The notes under the pieces were generated by a model that searched no databases, was not told the origin of the DNA, and worked only from the letters and a program-made list of their open reading frames with translations. Both the position numbers and the translations under genes were made by a program. 25,852 nucleotides of DNA, taken from the IMG/VR virus record IMGVR_UViG_2778261249_000012, positions 1 to 25,852 of that record. One strand, 5' to 3'. This document shows, piece by piece, positions 9,584 to 20,202 of this stretch (the first letter of the stretch is position 1; the number at the start of each line of letters is the position of its first letter). This stretch comes from a virus. Its lineage: Duplodnaviria; Heunggongvirae; Uroviricota; Caudoviricetes.

Positions 9584-10276
9584 TTAAAACAACGAGCCAA
9601 GCAGACCAAGACCAGCACCGATACCAGCACCCCACGGAGTTGATAGCTCGAGAGCACTGGCTATGCCACCACCCAAAAGCGCACCGGATGCAGCACCACT
9701 AACACCCTGCTGCAATGCTGACGGTCGGTTGGCGTTTGCCGCCGCCAGCGCCGCGCTTTGCTGTGAAATCTGACTCATGTTGTTGGCATATGTCTGCCCT
9801 GCGTTTGCCTGACCTTGCAGAGCACCAAGCCCAACGTTTGCCAGATTCTGGTAGTTGTTCATCTGGTTTGACAACCAAGACTGACCGAGAGTCGGCGCGA
9901 TCGTAGCCAGTTGATTGCTTGTGGCTGTCGAACCAAGTCCTCCCGTAGCCTCCGCAGCAGCAAGACTCTGGTAACGAGCCTGACCTGCAAGGTCTTTATA
10001 CTGCTGAGAGTTGTAATACTGATTAAGTGCCTGACCCTGTCCTTCTAAACTGGAAAGATTCTGAAGCTGGTTAACATACTGCTCCGCAAGCGGCGTGAAA
10101 GGAGCAAGGTTTTTCATGATCGTCTGCCACTGCTGATTTTGCAGGTCTGCGGCATACTTCTGAGCTTCTGCTGCATACTTTGCGCTTTTATCAGAACTGC
10201 CACCTTTCCCGCCTTTTTCAGGGCAATAAGGTTCCTCACCGCGCAGTTTTCTGCCCAGTTTAAATGCATATAACAT
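9584..10276 (-). CDS. ejection protein, P22 gp7-like
   Basis: 230 aa, ATG with GGGAGA RBS. Gln-rich middle and Gly-rich hydrophobic C-terminus (GAGIGAGLGLLGSLF). Position as P22 gene 7. Confidence 0.75.
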   Translation of the reverse strand: MLYAFKLGRKLRGEEPYCPEKGGKGGSSDKSAKYAAEAQKYAADLQNQQWQTIMKNLAPFTPLAEQYVNQLQNLSSLEGQGQALNQYYNSQQYKDLAGQARYQSLAAAEATGGLGSTATSNQLATIAPTLGQSWLSNQMNNYQNLANVGLGALQGQANAGQTYANNMSQISQQSAALAAANANRPSALQQGVSGAASGALLGGGIASALELSTPWGAGIGAGLGLLGSLF

Positions 10277-10278
10277 AG

Positions 10279-10734
10279 CTATCTCCCGTGATTCAGGAAG
10301 TCGATTAGTTCTTCGCGTGTGACGCTGTAAAACGTCACGTCATCCACGCCTTTGAAGTATTTCTTGATGGTTCCTACACGCTTAAGGCCAATCATTGCGC
10401 AGTACATCTGACCGTGGCGGAATTTGCGTGCAGCGAACGATGTGACGCACTGAACAGTGGTGTTAGTCAGAATGTATCGCCAGAACGCCAGCCCGATTTC
10501 CTTGCTGAAGCCACGAACCTCTGGCAGGTACATGGCGTGGCAATCGAATGTCAGCGGCTGAATCTCCTGATAGTAAACAATGCCGCCGAACTGCCCGTGC
10601 ACGTTCACCTCAAAGTAACGGCATTCAGGCTTGTAGTCGTATCCATCACCGTTGTTGCTCCCGGCAATAATGTCAGGGTGATTTCCGACAGCTTCGATCA
10701 GGTCGATGTTTCGCGTTGGTTTGAATGTAATCAT
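10279..10734 (-). CDS. P22 gp14-like protein (assigned by position)
   Basis: 151 aa, ATG start overlapping the stop of the needle gene. The assignment rests on synteny between the gp26-like and gp7-like genes; I do not recognise the sequence itself. Confidence 0.5.
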   Translation of the reverse strand: MITFKPTRNIDLIEAVGNHPDIIAGSNNGDGYDYKPECRYFEVNVHGQFGGIVYYQEIQPLTFDCHAMYLPEVRGFSKEIGLAFWRYILTNTTVQCVTSFAARKFRHGQMYCAMIGLKRVGTIKKYFKGVDDVTFYSVTREELIDFLNHGR

Positions 10735-11435
10735 CAGTCAATCAGCCCATGTAATCTAAGTGCCGTTTCAAGCGCCAGAATACGCTGCCGCGCCTGCTGC
10801 AAACCTGTAGCGAGAGCCGCGACTTCGGATTGTGTGTACGTAGTGCCGACCGTGTATGACTGGTTAGCGTTGAATGAGCCAAGAAGAGGTGTACCTGTGG
10901 CTGCAGTCCATCCGGTCTGCCTTGCTCCAACGACCTGAATTCCATCAACTGAATATGATGTTTTTACATCCAGCGGTGACGCAAGAGACTGCGATTCGGT
11001 TACGGTTTTCGATACGTAATCACTCTTAATGCCAGAGACATCGTTTTCTACGTTATCCAGTCTTTGGTCAACAGTGACCAGATGCGCCTGAATATCGATA
11101 ACCTCATCCAGCAAGTAATCAACATCGCTACGCAGTACGACTATCTTCCCTTCGGCAGTTGTTAACCTGACCTCAAGTAGATTTATCGCTTTTGTGTTTG
11201 CGGTGATTCTTGCATCGTGATCTGCCAGTTCGACGTCCTGTTCATCGTTTTTTACCTGGGCATCGTAAGCGCCCTGACCAGCCTGATTTGCCTTCCCGGC
11301 AATTGCACCGACATCAGCTCCCTGATTTATGACATACAGCAGGTAAGACTGGCTGAATATATTGCGTGGCAAAATTGAAGCATCAAGGCGCGTAGCCTGA
11401 ACCACGACAGGAGCATTCAGTGATGAATCAGCCAT
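10734..11435 (-). CDS. tail needle protein, P22 gp26-like
   Basis: 233 aa. N-terminus [35 protein letters not shown]...[31 protein letters not shown] and C-terminus ...RLHGLID closely match P22 gp26 (also 233 aa). Confidence 0.9.
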   Translation of the reverse strand: MADSSLNAPVVVQATRLDASILPRNIFSQSYLLYVINQGADVGAIAGKANQAGQGAYDAQVKNDEQDVELADHDARITANTKAINLLEVRLTTAEGKIVVLRSDVDYLLDEVIDIQAHLVTVDQRLDNVENDVSGIKSDYVSKTVTESQSLASPLDVKTSYSVDGIQVVGARQTGWTAATGTPLLGSFNANQSYTVGTTYTQSEVAALATGLQQARQRILALETALRLHGLID

Positions 11436-12853
11436 TACTCAATCCTTATCTGGCAGCCAGACAGAGTGACAGGTGACTTCGTGATAACGCGCAATTTGAA
11501 GCCAACATTTTTCCTGATGCGCCCGACTCGCTTCCACAAAACGCGCTTGTCGTAAACGAACGGTTCATTCTGCTCAATCATCTGCTCACGACCGTAATTT
11601 ATGCCGTCAGTGGTTGCAGAGAGGAACAGGCGGTCGGCGTACTGCGCAACGCCAGTTGACGATTCAACTTCAAGGTCGAAAACTCTGGCGTTATCCGCTT
11701 TGAACAGTGGAGTAAACAGCATGTGTTCTTGCTGTAGCCCATACTGGCTGCTGATGTCGAACTGCAATTTCCCGGTCACGGATTCCAGCTTATCGCCGCA
11801 CGTTATCTGATTGCCTTCGTAAATGAAGTCGATAGCGCGGTACACATCGTCATACAGTCCTGTTTTCAGCACACACCATTGCGGACCATTGGCGCTTGAA
11901 GATGCGTCGTACACGAGGACGTGACGCGGAAGATGGATAATCAGCAACTCATGAGCATCAAACCGCAACGATTCCATCACGCCATCAGCCAGTTCATCAG
12001 CAGTGTAGGAGCGGAGGATTTTCTCAATGCTCGCACTGGCGATTTGTGACACCTGACCGGAGCCGATGATGTACACAGACGGCGCACCTGTTGCCGGATT
12101 GCTGATAAACGCATAGGAATCAGCAAACGGCGTTTTGCAGTAAGTTCCGGCAATGCCTTTCTGCACCATCAGCGATGGCTGTGCGACATACAACGCGGCA
12201 CCAACAGTGGTTGCACCAGTCAGGGAGAAATATTCAATCGTCGATGAACCAAAGCAGACGATGAAGTCTCGCCATGTTCCGATGCCGATGATTCCGTCAG
12301 GCTGAGACTCGGCACGATATTGTGCGCTGTAGCGGTCAGGATGCGATTCGTCTTCAAGGTCAGTGATAAACCATGAATCCGTGCCGTCTTTTGACCACGC
12401 ATAACGCCCACGTAAGCGTGTAATGTCACGGACTGAACCTAACTCATACTGAGTGAACCCGCTATCAGTAGGCCAGTTTGAGACGGTTTTAACCGTGCCA
12501 TCATAGCGATACTCGACCAGCTGACCGTTAACGCCTACCGCCTGTGATGTCCGCCCATGCGCCATTGATACGCGACCACTTCCGGCAACATCACCGACTT
12601 CACTTTCACCCTTATACAACTTGCCACCGCAAACGCGATAAACAGCATTCTGCGCCATGTTGTACTCGACACCGCGCGATACACCATTCACATCAGAACG
12701 TTTGGCAATGCCCGGGAATGAGCGAAGATATCCGCTGCTGTTCAGGATTTCTTTGGGTGTAGCCAACATATTTACTGGCAGATAGTCGATATAGTCGGCG
12801 TTTCTGAAGTCTTTGCCGACACCTTTCATAAGCGGAAGTTGCTGAATCGGCAT
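11435..12853 (-). CDS. tail hub / head completion protein, P22 gp10-like
   Basis: 472 aa, the same length as P22 gp10, in the syntenic position; ATG with GAGGTGA RBS. Confidence 0.8.
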   Translation of the reverse strand: MPIQQLPLMKGVGKDFRNADYIDYLPVNMLATPKEILNSSGYLRSFPGIAKRSDVNGVSRGVEYNMAQNAVYRVCGGKLYKGESEVGDVAGSGRVSMAHGRTSQAVGVNGQLVEYRYDGTVKTVSNWPTDSGFTQYELGSVRDITRLRGRYAWSKDGTDSWFITDLEDESHPDRYSAQYRAESQPDGIIGIGTWRDFIVCFGSSTIEYFSLTGATTVGAALYVAQPSLMVQKGIAGTYCKTPFADSYAFISNPATGAPSVYIIGSGQVSQIASASIEKILRSYTADELADGVMESLRFDAHELLIIHLPRHVLVYDASSSANGPQWCVLKTGLYDDVYRAIDFIYEGNQITCGDKLESVTGKLQFDISSQYGLQQEHMLFTPLFKADNARVFDLEVESSTGVAQYADRLFLSATTDGINYGREQMIEQNEPFVYDKRVLWKRVGRIRKNVGFKLRVITKSPVTLSGCQIRIE

Positions 12854-12862
12854 TTATTCACC

Positions 12863-13324
12863 TCACGTACTCGGATCATCTTTCTCGATGTAAAACCGAT
12901 TCCACGTAAACGCGCTTTTGTTACCACTACCGCGAGGCATGTCATTTCGCCGCTCAAGTGGTGGTATTTTGGTTAAAGCGATGCAGATTGTCTGATATGC
13001 ACTGTCAGCAGCGGTAAGGAGAGCGTCTGACGGCTGAATGACGTTATCCATGCACACTTGCACAGCGAGTTTCAAAGCGACACCATCATTTGCCCATGCG
13101 GGGATACCTGAATCATCGTCAGGTAACGGCATGATGCCGTTTTCTGTATCAGCAAACTGATACCCAAGCTCGATACCTTTCGCCTGCCATGCTGCCATCA
13201 TGTCTTCGAGGTCATTAATGGCATCTTCAATTGCCTGAGGGTCAGCATCTGTCAACGTGGCATTGGAATACAGCCCGGCTTTTCGTAAAGCCTTTAGAAC
13301 GAGATCACCCTTCGTTTTCGCCAT
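12863..13324 (-). CDS. tail adaptor / head completion protein, P22 gp4-like
   Basis: 153 aa. MAKTKGDLVLKALRKAG...ATLTD...DLEDMMAAW... resembles P22 gp4. Syntenic position. Confidence 0.8.
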   Translation of the reverse strand: MAKTKGDLVLKALRKAGLYSNATLTDADPQAIEDAINDLEDMMAAWQAKGIELGYQFADTENGIMPLPDDDSGIPAWANDGVALKLAVQVCMDNVIQPSDALLTAADSAYQTICIALTKIPPLERRNDMPRGSGNKSAFTWNRFYIEKDDPST

Positions 13325-13493
13325 CTTCTTCCGCCTTAGCCACTTTTTGCTTTGTTGCGGTTTCTTCAGGAGTTTTTACCCAACCTTTTTTCAGGTGAGA
13401 TTTAACTTCTTCGTCATCAACAATGATGTAATCGACAGCAAACTGACCACAGGTGATCATGTTGCCAGGCTTATAGAGCATTGTTCGTGCCAT
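13305..13493 (-). CDS. small hypothetical protein between the coat and gp4 genes
   Basis: 62 aa if started at the ATG of MARTMLYKPG (13493), which has a GGGAGA RBS and sits just downstream of the coat-gene terminator. Acidic C-terminus. Overlaps the gp4 start by 20 nt. The six-frame ORF start upstream would include the terminator hairpin. Confidence 0.5.
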   Translation of the reverse strand: MARTMLYKPGNMITCGQFAVDYIIVDDEEVKSHLKKGWVKTPEETATKQKVAKAEEDGENEG

Positions 13494-13503
13494 TGTCTTC
13501 TCC

Positions 13504-13528
13504 CAATAAAAATGGGGCCGTAGCCCCA
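13504..13528 (-). terminator. intrinsic terminator immediately downstream of the coat gene
   Basis: On the minus strand: TGGGGC-TACG-GCCCCA hairpin followed by TTTTTATT, beginning 7 nt after the coat stop codon. Confidence 0.55.
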
Positions 13529-13534
13529 CCTAAA

Positions 13535-14788
13535 TTACTGCCCGGCAATAACGATGCCCGTATATTCAGGAACAAGTACAGAGCAACCGTACAGAGTGGT
13601 GAAACGAGCAGTGGTTACGCCTTTGATGTGGTCGAAGGCGTAAGACATGATCAGCGTAGCGCCCTGCTCGGTGGTTGCTGTCATTACCTGTGGACCCTGA
13701 CCAGTCGGGAACGCCAGTTTGCCGTACATCAGCTCAACAGAACCATCAGCCCAGAACAGGTTAGCCGGTGCAGCATTCTTGTTGAGAATGGTGATTGCTG
13801 CTGATGCTGCCGGTTTGGCATCGACGTTTGCATATGGACGACTCGCAACATCGGTATTTTCAACAGGGAGAATCTTTGGAGAGATTGTTACGGTAGTTCC
13901 GCTAACAGCCAGAACACGGAATACCTGAGGTTGCCCGGTGGTATCTTTTGTGATCTGGTGTACGGAATTCACACCGGCAATGGTGAACGCATCACCAACC
14001 TGCAAGCCAGATGCAGATACCGTAATAGTCCCCTGTCGGTTATCAACTGGCATACCATTTGAATCTTTCGCTTCAACCTTGTGTTCAGGTTGACCTGATA
14101 CTGTCAAGGATTCAGCGCTTCCTTTCGGTAATCGACCAGAAATATCGGTCTTGTAGCTATCAAAGGAAGCAACCGGAGGGATCTGCGCTTTTTCGTATGC
14201 TGTCAGGGTTGCGCCCTGAGCGTAGGCACGGTGACCAAGCTCGCCAGCAAGGTCTTTGTAGTTGAAGGGGTTCCAGAAAGAGCGACGGTTGATACCCTGC
14301 GGTACACCAATCGCCGTCATGGTGGCATCAATACCTGCCGCACAGTTCCACAAATCACGGCCCTGTGTACCTGTGGTTGAGTCAGACATTGTGATCACGT
14401 TAGTAGCACGCTGCGTAACCATGGAAATCAGGTCAGAGTCAATCTGTGCAGCAAGGCGCATACCTGCGGCGCGACCAGCTTCAGTTTTATGTTCCGGGTC
14501 ACGCATTTCACGCGCATCCAGAGTGTACAGAATGTTTTTCGGCTCCTTGAACACTGAAGGAACAAGGCGCTGAACCAGTGCTGTTGGCGTTTTGCTGCTG
14601 AGATCGAGGCCTTCCTCAACGTTCATGTGGTAATGCTGCGGACGATACAGAACATCACCTGCTCGCTGCATTGCTGTATCACCGGGACGGAATTTTTTAG
14701 CGTTACGGGAAACTACGCAGGCGGCCTCAAAGCCTTCAACGTAGTTTTCGAACATGATTTCAAGGTCTTTTGCTAATTGGTTAGCCAT
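13535..14788 (-). CDS. major capsid (coat) protein, P22 gp5 family
   Basis: 417 aa, ATG with GGAG RBS. In the syntenic position after the scaffold gene. Only weak local resemblance to P22 coat as I recall it (for example a shared FWAD motif near the C-terminal region), so it is probably a divergent coat type within the P22-like group. Confidence 0.8.
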   Translation of the reverse strand: MANQLAKDLEIMFENYVEGFEAACVVSRNAKKFRPGDTAMQRAGDVLYRPQHYHMNVEEGLDLSSKTPTALVQRLVPSVFKEPKNILYTLDAREMRDPEHKTEAGRAAGMRLAAQIDSDLISMVTQRATNVITMSDSTTGTQGRDLWNCAAGIDATMTAIGVPQGINRRSFWNPFNYKDLAGELGHRAYAQGATLTAYEKAQIPPVASFDSYKTDISGRLPKGSAESLTVSGQPEHKVEAKDSNGMPVDNRQGTITVSASGLQVGDAFTIAGVNSVHQITKDTTGQPQVFRVLAVSGTTVTISPKILPVENTDVASRPYANVDAKPAASAAITILNKNAAPANLFWADGSVELMYGKLAFPTGQGPQVMTATTEQGATLIMSYAFDHIKGVTTARFTTLYGCSVLVPEYTGIVIAGQ

Positions 14789-14806
14789 GCTTAATGCTCC
14801 GATAGG

Positions 14807-15700
14807 TTATTTTTTTGCCTTTTTAGCGGCGAAATACGGCGTCCAGTCACCAGTTTCCAGCGCCTTGGCTTTCAGTTTGTCGAGGTTATTGATTACTGCG
14901 CCGTTGCTCCCCTTAACTGTCGGGGTTGTGGCTGCCGTGGTTTTTGCTTTTGGCATGATTCTGGCCTTAGATTCGATACGTTCCAGCAGACGACCAATTG
15001 CTACGGGGTTGGTAGCTTCTGCCAGTTGCTTGCGCAGTTCAGCGTTGCGACCAAGCGCCAGAACAACGATTTCCGGCTTCTCTGACTCAAACAGGATCGC
15101 GTTTTGTGTCTCGATGGGGATTTCCTCGAGTACGGCCTGTTCTGCTTCCTGATAGCCAGGAACCTTGAGAGCCTTAACACGTTGCTGATATTTGGATAAT
15201 CGCTCTTGATAAGCAGCCTGAAGCTCCTGCTCCTTCTGCTTGCGAGCCATCTCCTGTTGCTGGTACTTTCCGTTATCATCTGCCCACTTAGCCATGCGTT
15301 GCTGATAGATTTCTTCATCGAAACCGATGTCCTCATCATCCAGTTTTGGCATTCGCGGTGGTTGAGTGATTACCGGCTGCTGCTCGACGGGTTTCTGAGA
15401 CTGACGCATCAGCTCTTTCAGCTCGCGGTCTTTCTCTTTAATCGTCTTGCGCAGGTGTTTTACCAGTCCATGCTCTGCGCCATCTTCGCTGGTTGGCGAA
15501 TCCAGCTTTTCGTCACCAAAGTAGAATTCCTGTTCTGATTCGTCGTCATCAGTTTCAGTAGCATCCTCTGCATCATTGCCTGAGGACTCACTGCCATCTT
15601 CTGTTTCGACTTCTTCAGCCAGTTCGACATCATCAGGAATCTGCTCTGACGCGTCGGTTTCGATTTCAACTTCTGGTGTGTTTTCTGCCATCTGGTCCAT
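14807..15700 (-). CDS. scaffolding protein, P22 gp8-like
   Basis: 297 aa. Highly acidic N-terminus, charged predicted coiled-coil middle, basic C-terminus. Sits between the portal and coat genes. Confidence 0.8.
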   Translation of the reverse strand: MDQMAENTPEVEIETDASEQIPDDVELAEEVETEDGSESSGNDAEDATETDDDESEQEFYFGDEKLDSPTSEDGAEHGLVKHLRKTIKEKDRELKELMRQSQKPVEQQPVITQPPRMPKLDDEDIGFDEEIYQQRMAKWADDNGKYQQQEMARKQKEQELQAAYQERLSKYQQRVKALKVPGYQEAEQAVLEEIPIETQNAILFESEKPEIVVLALGRNAELRKQLAEATNPVAIGRLLERIESKARIMPKAKTTAATTPTVKGSNGAVINNLDKLKAKALETGDWTPYFAAKKAKK

Positions 15701-15790
15701 TTGTTACCCCTGTTTACTCGATGTTCAGCCCATCGGAAGGCAATAGGGTGCCAGGCCTCATAAAGACAGCCATTGCACGTTATGGGTTAA

Positions 15791-17989
15791 TTACTGCTGT
15801 GGTTGTTGCTGAGTTGATTTTTGCAGGATGCTGCTGATGTCCATGCGCTGCGCATGGCCCTGTGCCTGACTTTTCAGGACAAGCTCTGCATCAGCACGGG
15901 CATTGTCTCCTTGCTGTTGCTGGAACTGTCCGAGCAGTTTCAGAGCCTCGCGGATATCAGATTTCTGCTGGCTATCGGCAGATGCGAGGATTTTCACAAC
16001 ATTTGCCGCTGCAACCTGAGCATCAGTCTGTGCCTGGAATGCTTTAACCTGAATGGCTGCCTGTTCGTTATGCGCTTTCTGCAATTCAGCCTGACCAGCA
16101 AGAAGCTGACCTTGCGCAGCAACCATAGCCGGATCTGGCTGACTGGCCTGTTGTTGTTTTGCCTGCTCAACCATCTGCTGTTCTTCTGGTGTTCTCGGCT
16201 TGATAACTCCAGACAGAAGCAACTGATTGCGGTTGTATTCTTTAAGGTCGTCCATCCCTTCGCCGTCCATATTGTCGAGAATCATCGACGATACAAGGTC
16301 GTGCTTCGGCGTTCCTGGTGGGATAAGTGCCAGCATGGAAAGTAACGACTTAACCGTTGCATCACGGCGAGTAGCGAACGACTGACCAACATCGACAGTC
16401 ACTTCATAGTTACCCTGCGAAAGGTCGTTAAGCGCGATAACCTGCCCTGTCTGACGGTCAACCACTTCACCAGTCATCAGCGCCACGTCATCGCTGCCGT
16501 CCTCATTAACGATGCGCATTGGCGTATCGCTGCCATAGACCTCACGCGCCATAGAAAGCCACACGACGCCAGCGCGGCGCATGGATTTAGCCATGTTGTC
16601 CATGTAGATATAGGACTGCGTATCCATCCGGTTAAAAATGCTATCAACGGTATCGGTGGCGACGTTGCTCGGCATGCTCTCAAGCTGCGACGCACCTGTA
16701 ATTTGCTGAATAGCCGTTCCGGTGTACTGCAATAGCCCGGCAAGAGCAGGAGGCATTTGTGTCGGAGGTGTCCAGCCAGCAACCTGAGCCTCTGAAATGA
16801 CCGTTCCGTTTTTGTCCTTCTTGCTGGTCATGGGGAGAACTGCAGGTCTTTTCTTATTCCTCTCTGCCCAGTGATTCATTAATGGACCGGGAATGAAATC
16901 AACATCCACGATAGGAATGCCATCACCGCCAGCCTGAGTAGCGTTATCTGCAATCATGGAAACCATCAGGTTCTCAAGACGCTGTGCATCCATCGCTTTT
17001 GCAGCGTGGCCTTCGATTCGCTCCTGATTATCAACAAATGAGCGACGCCCATATACCGGGATGAGAGGAATATGTTCGCCCGGAATACGCTTCGGTTCTT
17101 CCAGCCATTCAGCGCCAGACAGAAGACCGCAATAAACTCTGCGTTTCTTCACCGTCCGCTCACCGATCAGTTCGAATGCACCATCAGTTAGCTCATCGAC
17201 AATATCTTTGATTTGATCTTCATCATAGATTGCCGTTTCTCCGCTAACAGGGTTGCGCCATGCCGTGAGCTTCACCTTCTCTATGCGAACTTCGTAGTAG
17301 CGCCCAACATAGATGGCATCTGGCGTTGACCAGTCATATTGAGTGCCAGTGTCATCACGAGAAAGGCTTGCCGCGATGGAATCAGGGTATTCAGCCTCGA
17401 ACGCTTTAGGCGTCATGGAGAACATTTCCATAGCCCACATAGCATCAGAACGGTCATATTGCTTGCTGTCCTGATCGAAGAAGACGCATGTCGCTGGGTC
17501 GTAAACAGGAAGAAGGCTGATGCGTCGCTGCTCGTTACTCGGATCCATTTCATCTTCGTAATCGGCACACATGCGGAAACAACCGAATCCGCCCGTTACA
17601 GCATCATCAAATGCGTTATCACACGCTTCGCCACCGGATGTTTCCTGATAGTCAGCGCGGAATTTTCCGTTCATCTTTTCGGCTAACGCTTCCGATGCCT
17701 TATCGTCCTTCGGCCTGAATTTAACGCTGATGCGATTCTGTCGATACTCGCCAATGATGCGATCACATTCACGGGCAATCTTATTCAGTTCAAAGCGCGG
17801 GTAATGCTCAAACCTGCCTTCATCAAATGAGTAACCAGCGTTTGTGCTGCCTTCCCACTGTGCGCCGGACACCCGGACGAAACGTTGAGCCTCAATAATC
17901 TGCTCACGCATATCCTGCGTTGCTGACCAGGCATTATCAAAGTTGCACAGCACCTTGCGATGCCAGTCAGCCATCTTTTTTTCTGCCAT
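15791..17989 (-). CDS. portal protein, P22 gp1-like
   Basis: 732 aa. The C-terminal region (...PRTPEEQQMVEQAKQQQASQPDPAMVAAQGQLLAGQAELQKAHNEQ...ARADAELVLKSQAQGHAQRMDI...) closely resembles the P22 portal C-terminal helical barrel. ATG follows the TerL stop directly. Confidence 0.9.
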   Translation of the reverse strand: MAEKKMADWHRKVLCNFDNAWSATQDMREQIIEAQRFVRVSGAQWEGSTNAGYSFDEGRFEHYPRFELNKIARECDRIIGEYRQNRISVKFRPKDDKASEALAEKMNGKFRADYQETSGGEACDNAFDDAVTGGFGCFRMCADYEDEMDPSNEQRRISLLPVYDPATCVFFDQDSKQYDRSDAMWAMEMFSMTPKAFEAEYPDSIAASLSRDDTGTQYDWSTPDAIYVGRYYEVRIEKVKLTAWRNPVSGETAIYDEDQIKDIVDELTDGAFELIGERTVKKRRVYCGLLSGAEWLEEPKRIPGEHIPLIPVYGRRSFVDNQERIEGHAAKAMDAQRLENLMVSMIADNATQAGGDGIPIVDVDFIPGPLMNHWAERNKKRPAVLPMTSKKDKNGTVISEAQVAGWTPPTQMPPALAGLLQYTGTAIQQITGASQLESMPSNVATDTVDSIFNRMDTQSYIYMDNMAKSMRRAGVVWLSMAREVYGSDTPMRIVNEDGSDDVALMTGEVVDRQTGQVIALNDLSQGNYEVTVDVGQSFATRRDATVKSLLSMLALIPPGTPKHDLVSSMILDNMDGEGMDDLKEYNRNQLLLSGVIKPRTPEEQQMVEQAKQQQASQPDPAMVAAQGQLLAGQAELQKAHNEQAAIQVKAFQAQTDAQVAAANVVKILASADSQQKSDIREALKLLGQFQQQQGDNARADAELVLKSQAQGHAQRMDISSILQKSTQQQPQQ

Positions 17990-17990
17990 A

Positions 17991-19406
17991 TCAACCTACA
18001 CCACAAGGAATTGAGTAACTGGAATAGTCGGGTTGCGCAGCCGACTCCGGGCAATGCATACACATCATCAGCGCATCAGCCAGGTTAGGAGATGGAATAC
18101 CGAGCTTCTGCTTCATTTCGACCTTAGTCATAAGCTCCAGCTTCCCGTTGTTATTGAATTTGCGCTGAATCTGCGTCAGTTCTGCAAACAGCTTCTCCAG
18201 CATCTTCTCGCCTATCGCTTCTTTGTCGAAACTCAGCATGTCGTCGGGGTCTGCATACTCACCGTGAACAACCGCCCGATATGTCAGATACAGCCTGTCA
18301 GCCAGCGCATAATAGAATTGCGCTCGCTTATTGCGGAACACATCACCAATAGTGCGAACGTTGTCGCCCTGTACGACTTCATCAGCCCATGCTCCGGCCT
18401 GATACGGAGCATCTTCATCGAATGGCGATTCGCTGCCCTTGAACATCGTGGCGGTGATTTTCTTGCCGGAGAACGCTTCCGTTGTCTGTCTGCGTAGCCC
18501 GGCACCAACACCATCACCATCCCACAGGTAATGGTCAGCGCCGTCTTCAATCGCCAGCGAAGTAGCCCAGTCAGCACCCTCGTTGATGTCCATCAGCAGG
18601 CCTTCGGCAATGCGCTTAACAACCGAACCGTGACGCGATGCATAACCTTTAGCATCTGGCCCTGTATCTGATGGGTCATGCGCAGAGACAACAGCGCCTT
18701 TCGCTTTCCATCCGAGTTTCTTGTGCGCATCGGTTGCGGCTTCAAGCCATTCACGTTTGATGATTGCCATATCACTTGCGCTTACTGGCTCACCAAGCCA
18801 GATGTGACGATACAGTGTCGGGTTTCTGCGTTTACACTCTTCCATCTCCAGACGGAGAACTTCAGGAAAATGCGGGTTGTCGGTGTAGTTCACCGTCAGC
18901 AGGCAAATATCATCGGGAGGATTTACGACGAATCGCTGATAGGTATCGTCGAGGATGTTTTTCGGGTTGAAGCTCACCCATATTTCGGAAAATGGCTTGC
19001 GGATGGTTGGTATCAGGATATCCCATGATTCCTTCGTTACCGCTTCCGCTTCCTCCACCCAGCAGATATCAATACCTTCGAGCGATTTAATCTTCGTCGG
19101 GTTGTTTTTGATGCCGTAGAACATGAATTCAGCGTTCGTTCCGAGATGACGAATCATTGAACGCTGAATTTCAAACTCAGCCGAATACCCTTCACGCTCG
19201 ATGGTATCTTCAAGCAACCGGATTACCGAATCGCTGATACTGTTTTGCAGTTCACGAGCGCAGAGAATACGCACAGGCTGCCGACGCGCCGCTTCAACAA
19301 GCAGCCTAGCAATTGCCCATGACTTACCGCTACCTCGACCGCCTTTGGCGACTTTGTAGCGATGCGCCTCAATGAACGGTTCAAAGATAGGATTAATCGA
19401 GGTCAT
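17991..19406 (-). CDS. terminase large subunit (Sf6 gp2-type)
   Basis: 471 aa. Walker A KGGRGSGKS near the N-terminus and a nuclease domain; resembles the Sf6-type large terminase. ATGA overlap with the TerS stop. Confidence 0.93.
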   Translation of the reverse strand: MTSINPIFEPFIEAHRYKVAKGGRGSGKSWAIARLLVEAARRQPVRILCARELQNSISDSVIRLLEDTIEREGYSAEFEIQRSMIRHLGTNAEFMFYGIKNNPTKIKSLEGIDICWVEEAEAVTKESWDILIPTIRKPFSEIWVSFNPKNILDDTYQRFVVNPPDDICLLTVNYTDNPHFPEVLRLEMEECKRRNPTLYRHIWLGEPVSASDMAIIKREWLEAATDAHKKLGWKAKGAVVSAHDPSDTGPDAKGYASRHGSVVKRIAEGLLMDINEGADWATSLAIEDGADHYLWDGDGVGAGLRRQTTEAFSGKKITATMFKGSESPFDEDAPYQAGAWADEVVQGDNVRTIGDVFRNKRAQFYYALADRLYLTYRAVVHGEYADPDDMLSFDKEAIGEKMLEKLFAELTQIQRKFNNNGKLELMTKVEMKQKLGIPSPNLADALMMCMHCPESAAQPDYSSYSIPCGVG

Positions 19407-19831
19407 TTTCCGAATAGAGTGCTCATCGGTGATGTTTCAATCTGAATTGCGCCGCCGTCTTTGCCGACAAGCTCGTTAGTTACCTTGTCGCCATACTTAC
19501 GGGGATTCATTCGGGCCAGCGCCCATTTGCGGGTATCAACGCGAAGTCTTGCCTTTGCCACCTCAGCAGCATCTGGAATCGCATTGTCAGCAATTTCGAA
19601 TATCTCTTCGAAAATAGAATCAGCTCGTGCCTCAGTTGCCTTCGCGTACTTGTCGCGAAAATCCTCATGCTTTGCCAACCAGCGGAAAACAGTGGACTTA
19701 TCCGGCATACCAGGACGCTTACATACTTTCAGCAAACTTTCGCCAGAAGAAAGCAACGAGCAGATATCGTCAGCCACCTCCGGCATATAATCAGAGGGGC
19801 GACCAGCTTTTGATTCAGTCGCCATATTCAT
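19403..19831 (-). CDS. terminase small subunit (Sf6 gp1-type)
   Basis: 142 aa (140 aa if started at the second in-frame ATG, MATESK). Directly upstream of and coupled to TerL. Confidence 0.8.
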   Translation of the reverse strand: MNMATESKAGRPSDYMPEVADDICSLLSSGESLLKVCKRPGMPDKSTVFRWLAKHEDFRDKYAKATEARADSIFEEIFEIADNAIPDAAEVAKARLRVDTRKWALARMNPRKYGDKVTNELVGKDGGAIQIETSPMSTLFGK

Positions 19832-19860
19832 CTCACTTAGTTGTCATTTCAGGCTGAGCA

Positions 19861-20103
19861 TCATGCTCCGGCAGTGAACAGGTCTAACGCTTCCTTCGAT
19901 TTACGCACCGCTTCGATAGTGCGGGTCGTGATATCTGAATTAGCGCCGCCTGACTGGAAGTGAATTTTGAATAGCTCAAGCTTCAGCTCGTCAGTGCCAA
20001 TGAACTGAAATGCTTCTTCTGCGGCTGCGTTCTGGTTCATGACCAGTTTGTAAATCTCTAACTGGAATTTCTGTTCTTCAGTCATGGGAATAATCTCTGC
20101 CAT
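19861..20103 (-). CDS. hypothetical protein (80 aa) upstream of the terminase genes
   Basis: ATG with ACGGAG RBS. Position corresponds to the small ORF preceding the terminase gene in P22-like phages. Confidence 0.5.
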   Translation of the reverse strand: MAEIIPMTEEQKFQLEIYKLVMNQNAAAEEAFQFIGTDELKLELFKIHFQSGGANSDITTRTIEAVRKSKEALDLFTAGA

Positions 20104-20202
20104 TGTTGGCTCCGTTTATCCGTTAAAAGGGATATCAGTTAAGTTATCCCGTGTAGGGTATAAGCCATTATCAAGCCCACCCGTAGATAGGCTTTGTAAT
20201 GG

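Noticed and set aside
15821-16345. Long plus-strand ORFs antisense to structural genes (for example 15821..16345, 10414..10938, 18033..18497, 24420..24734)
   Set aside because: They lie wholly inside well-supported minus-strand genes and have no homology or start signals. Typical shadow ORFs.
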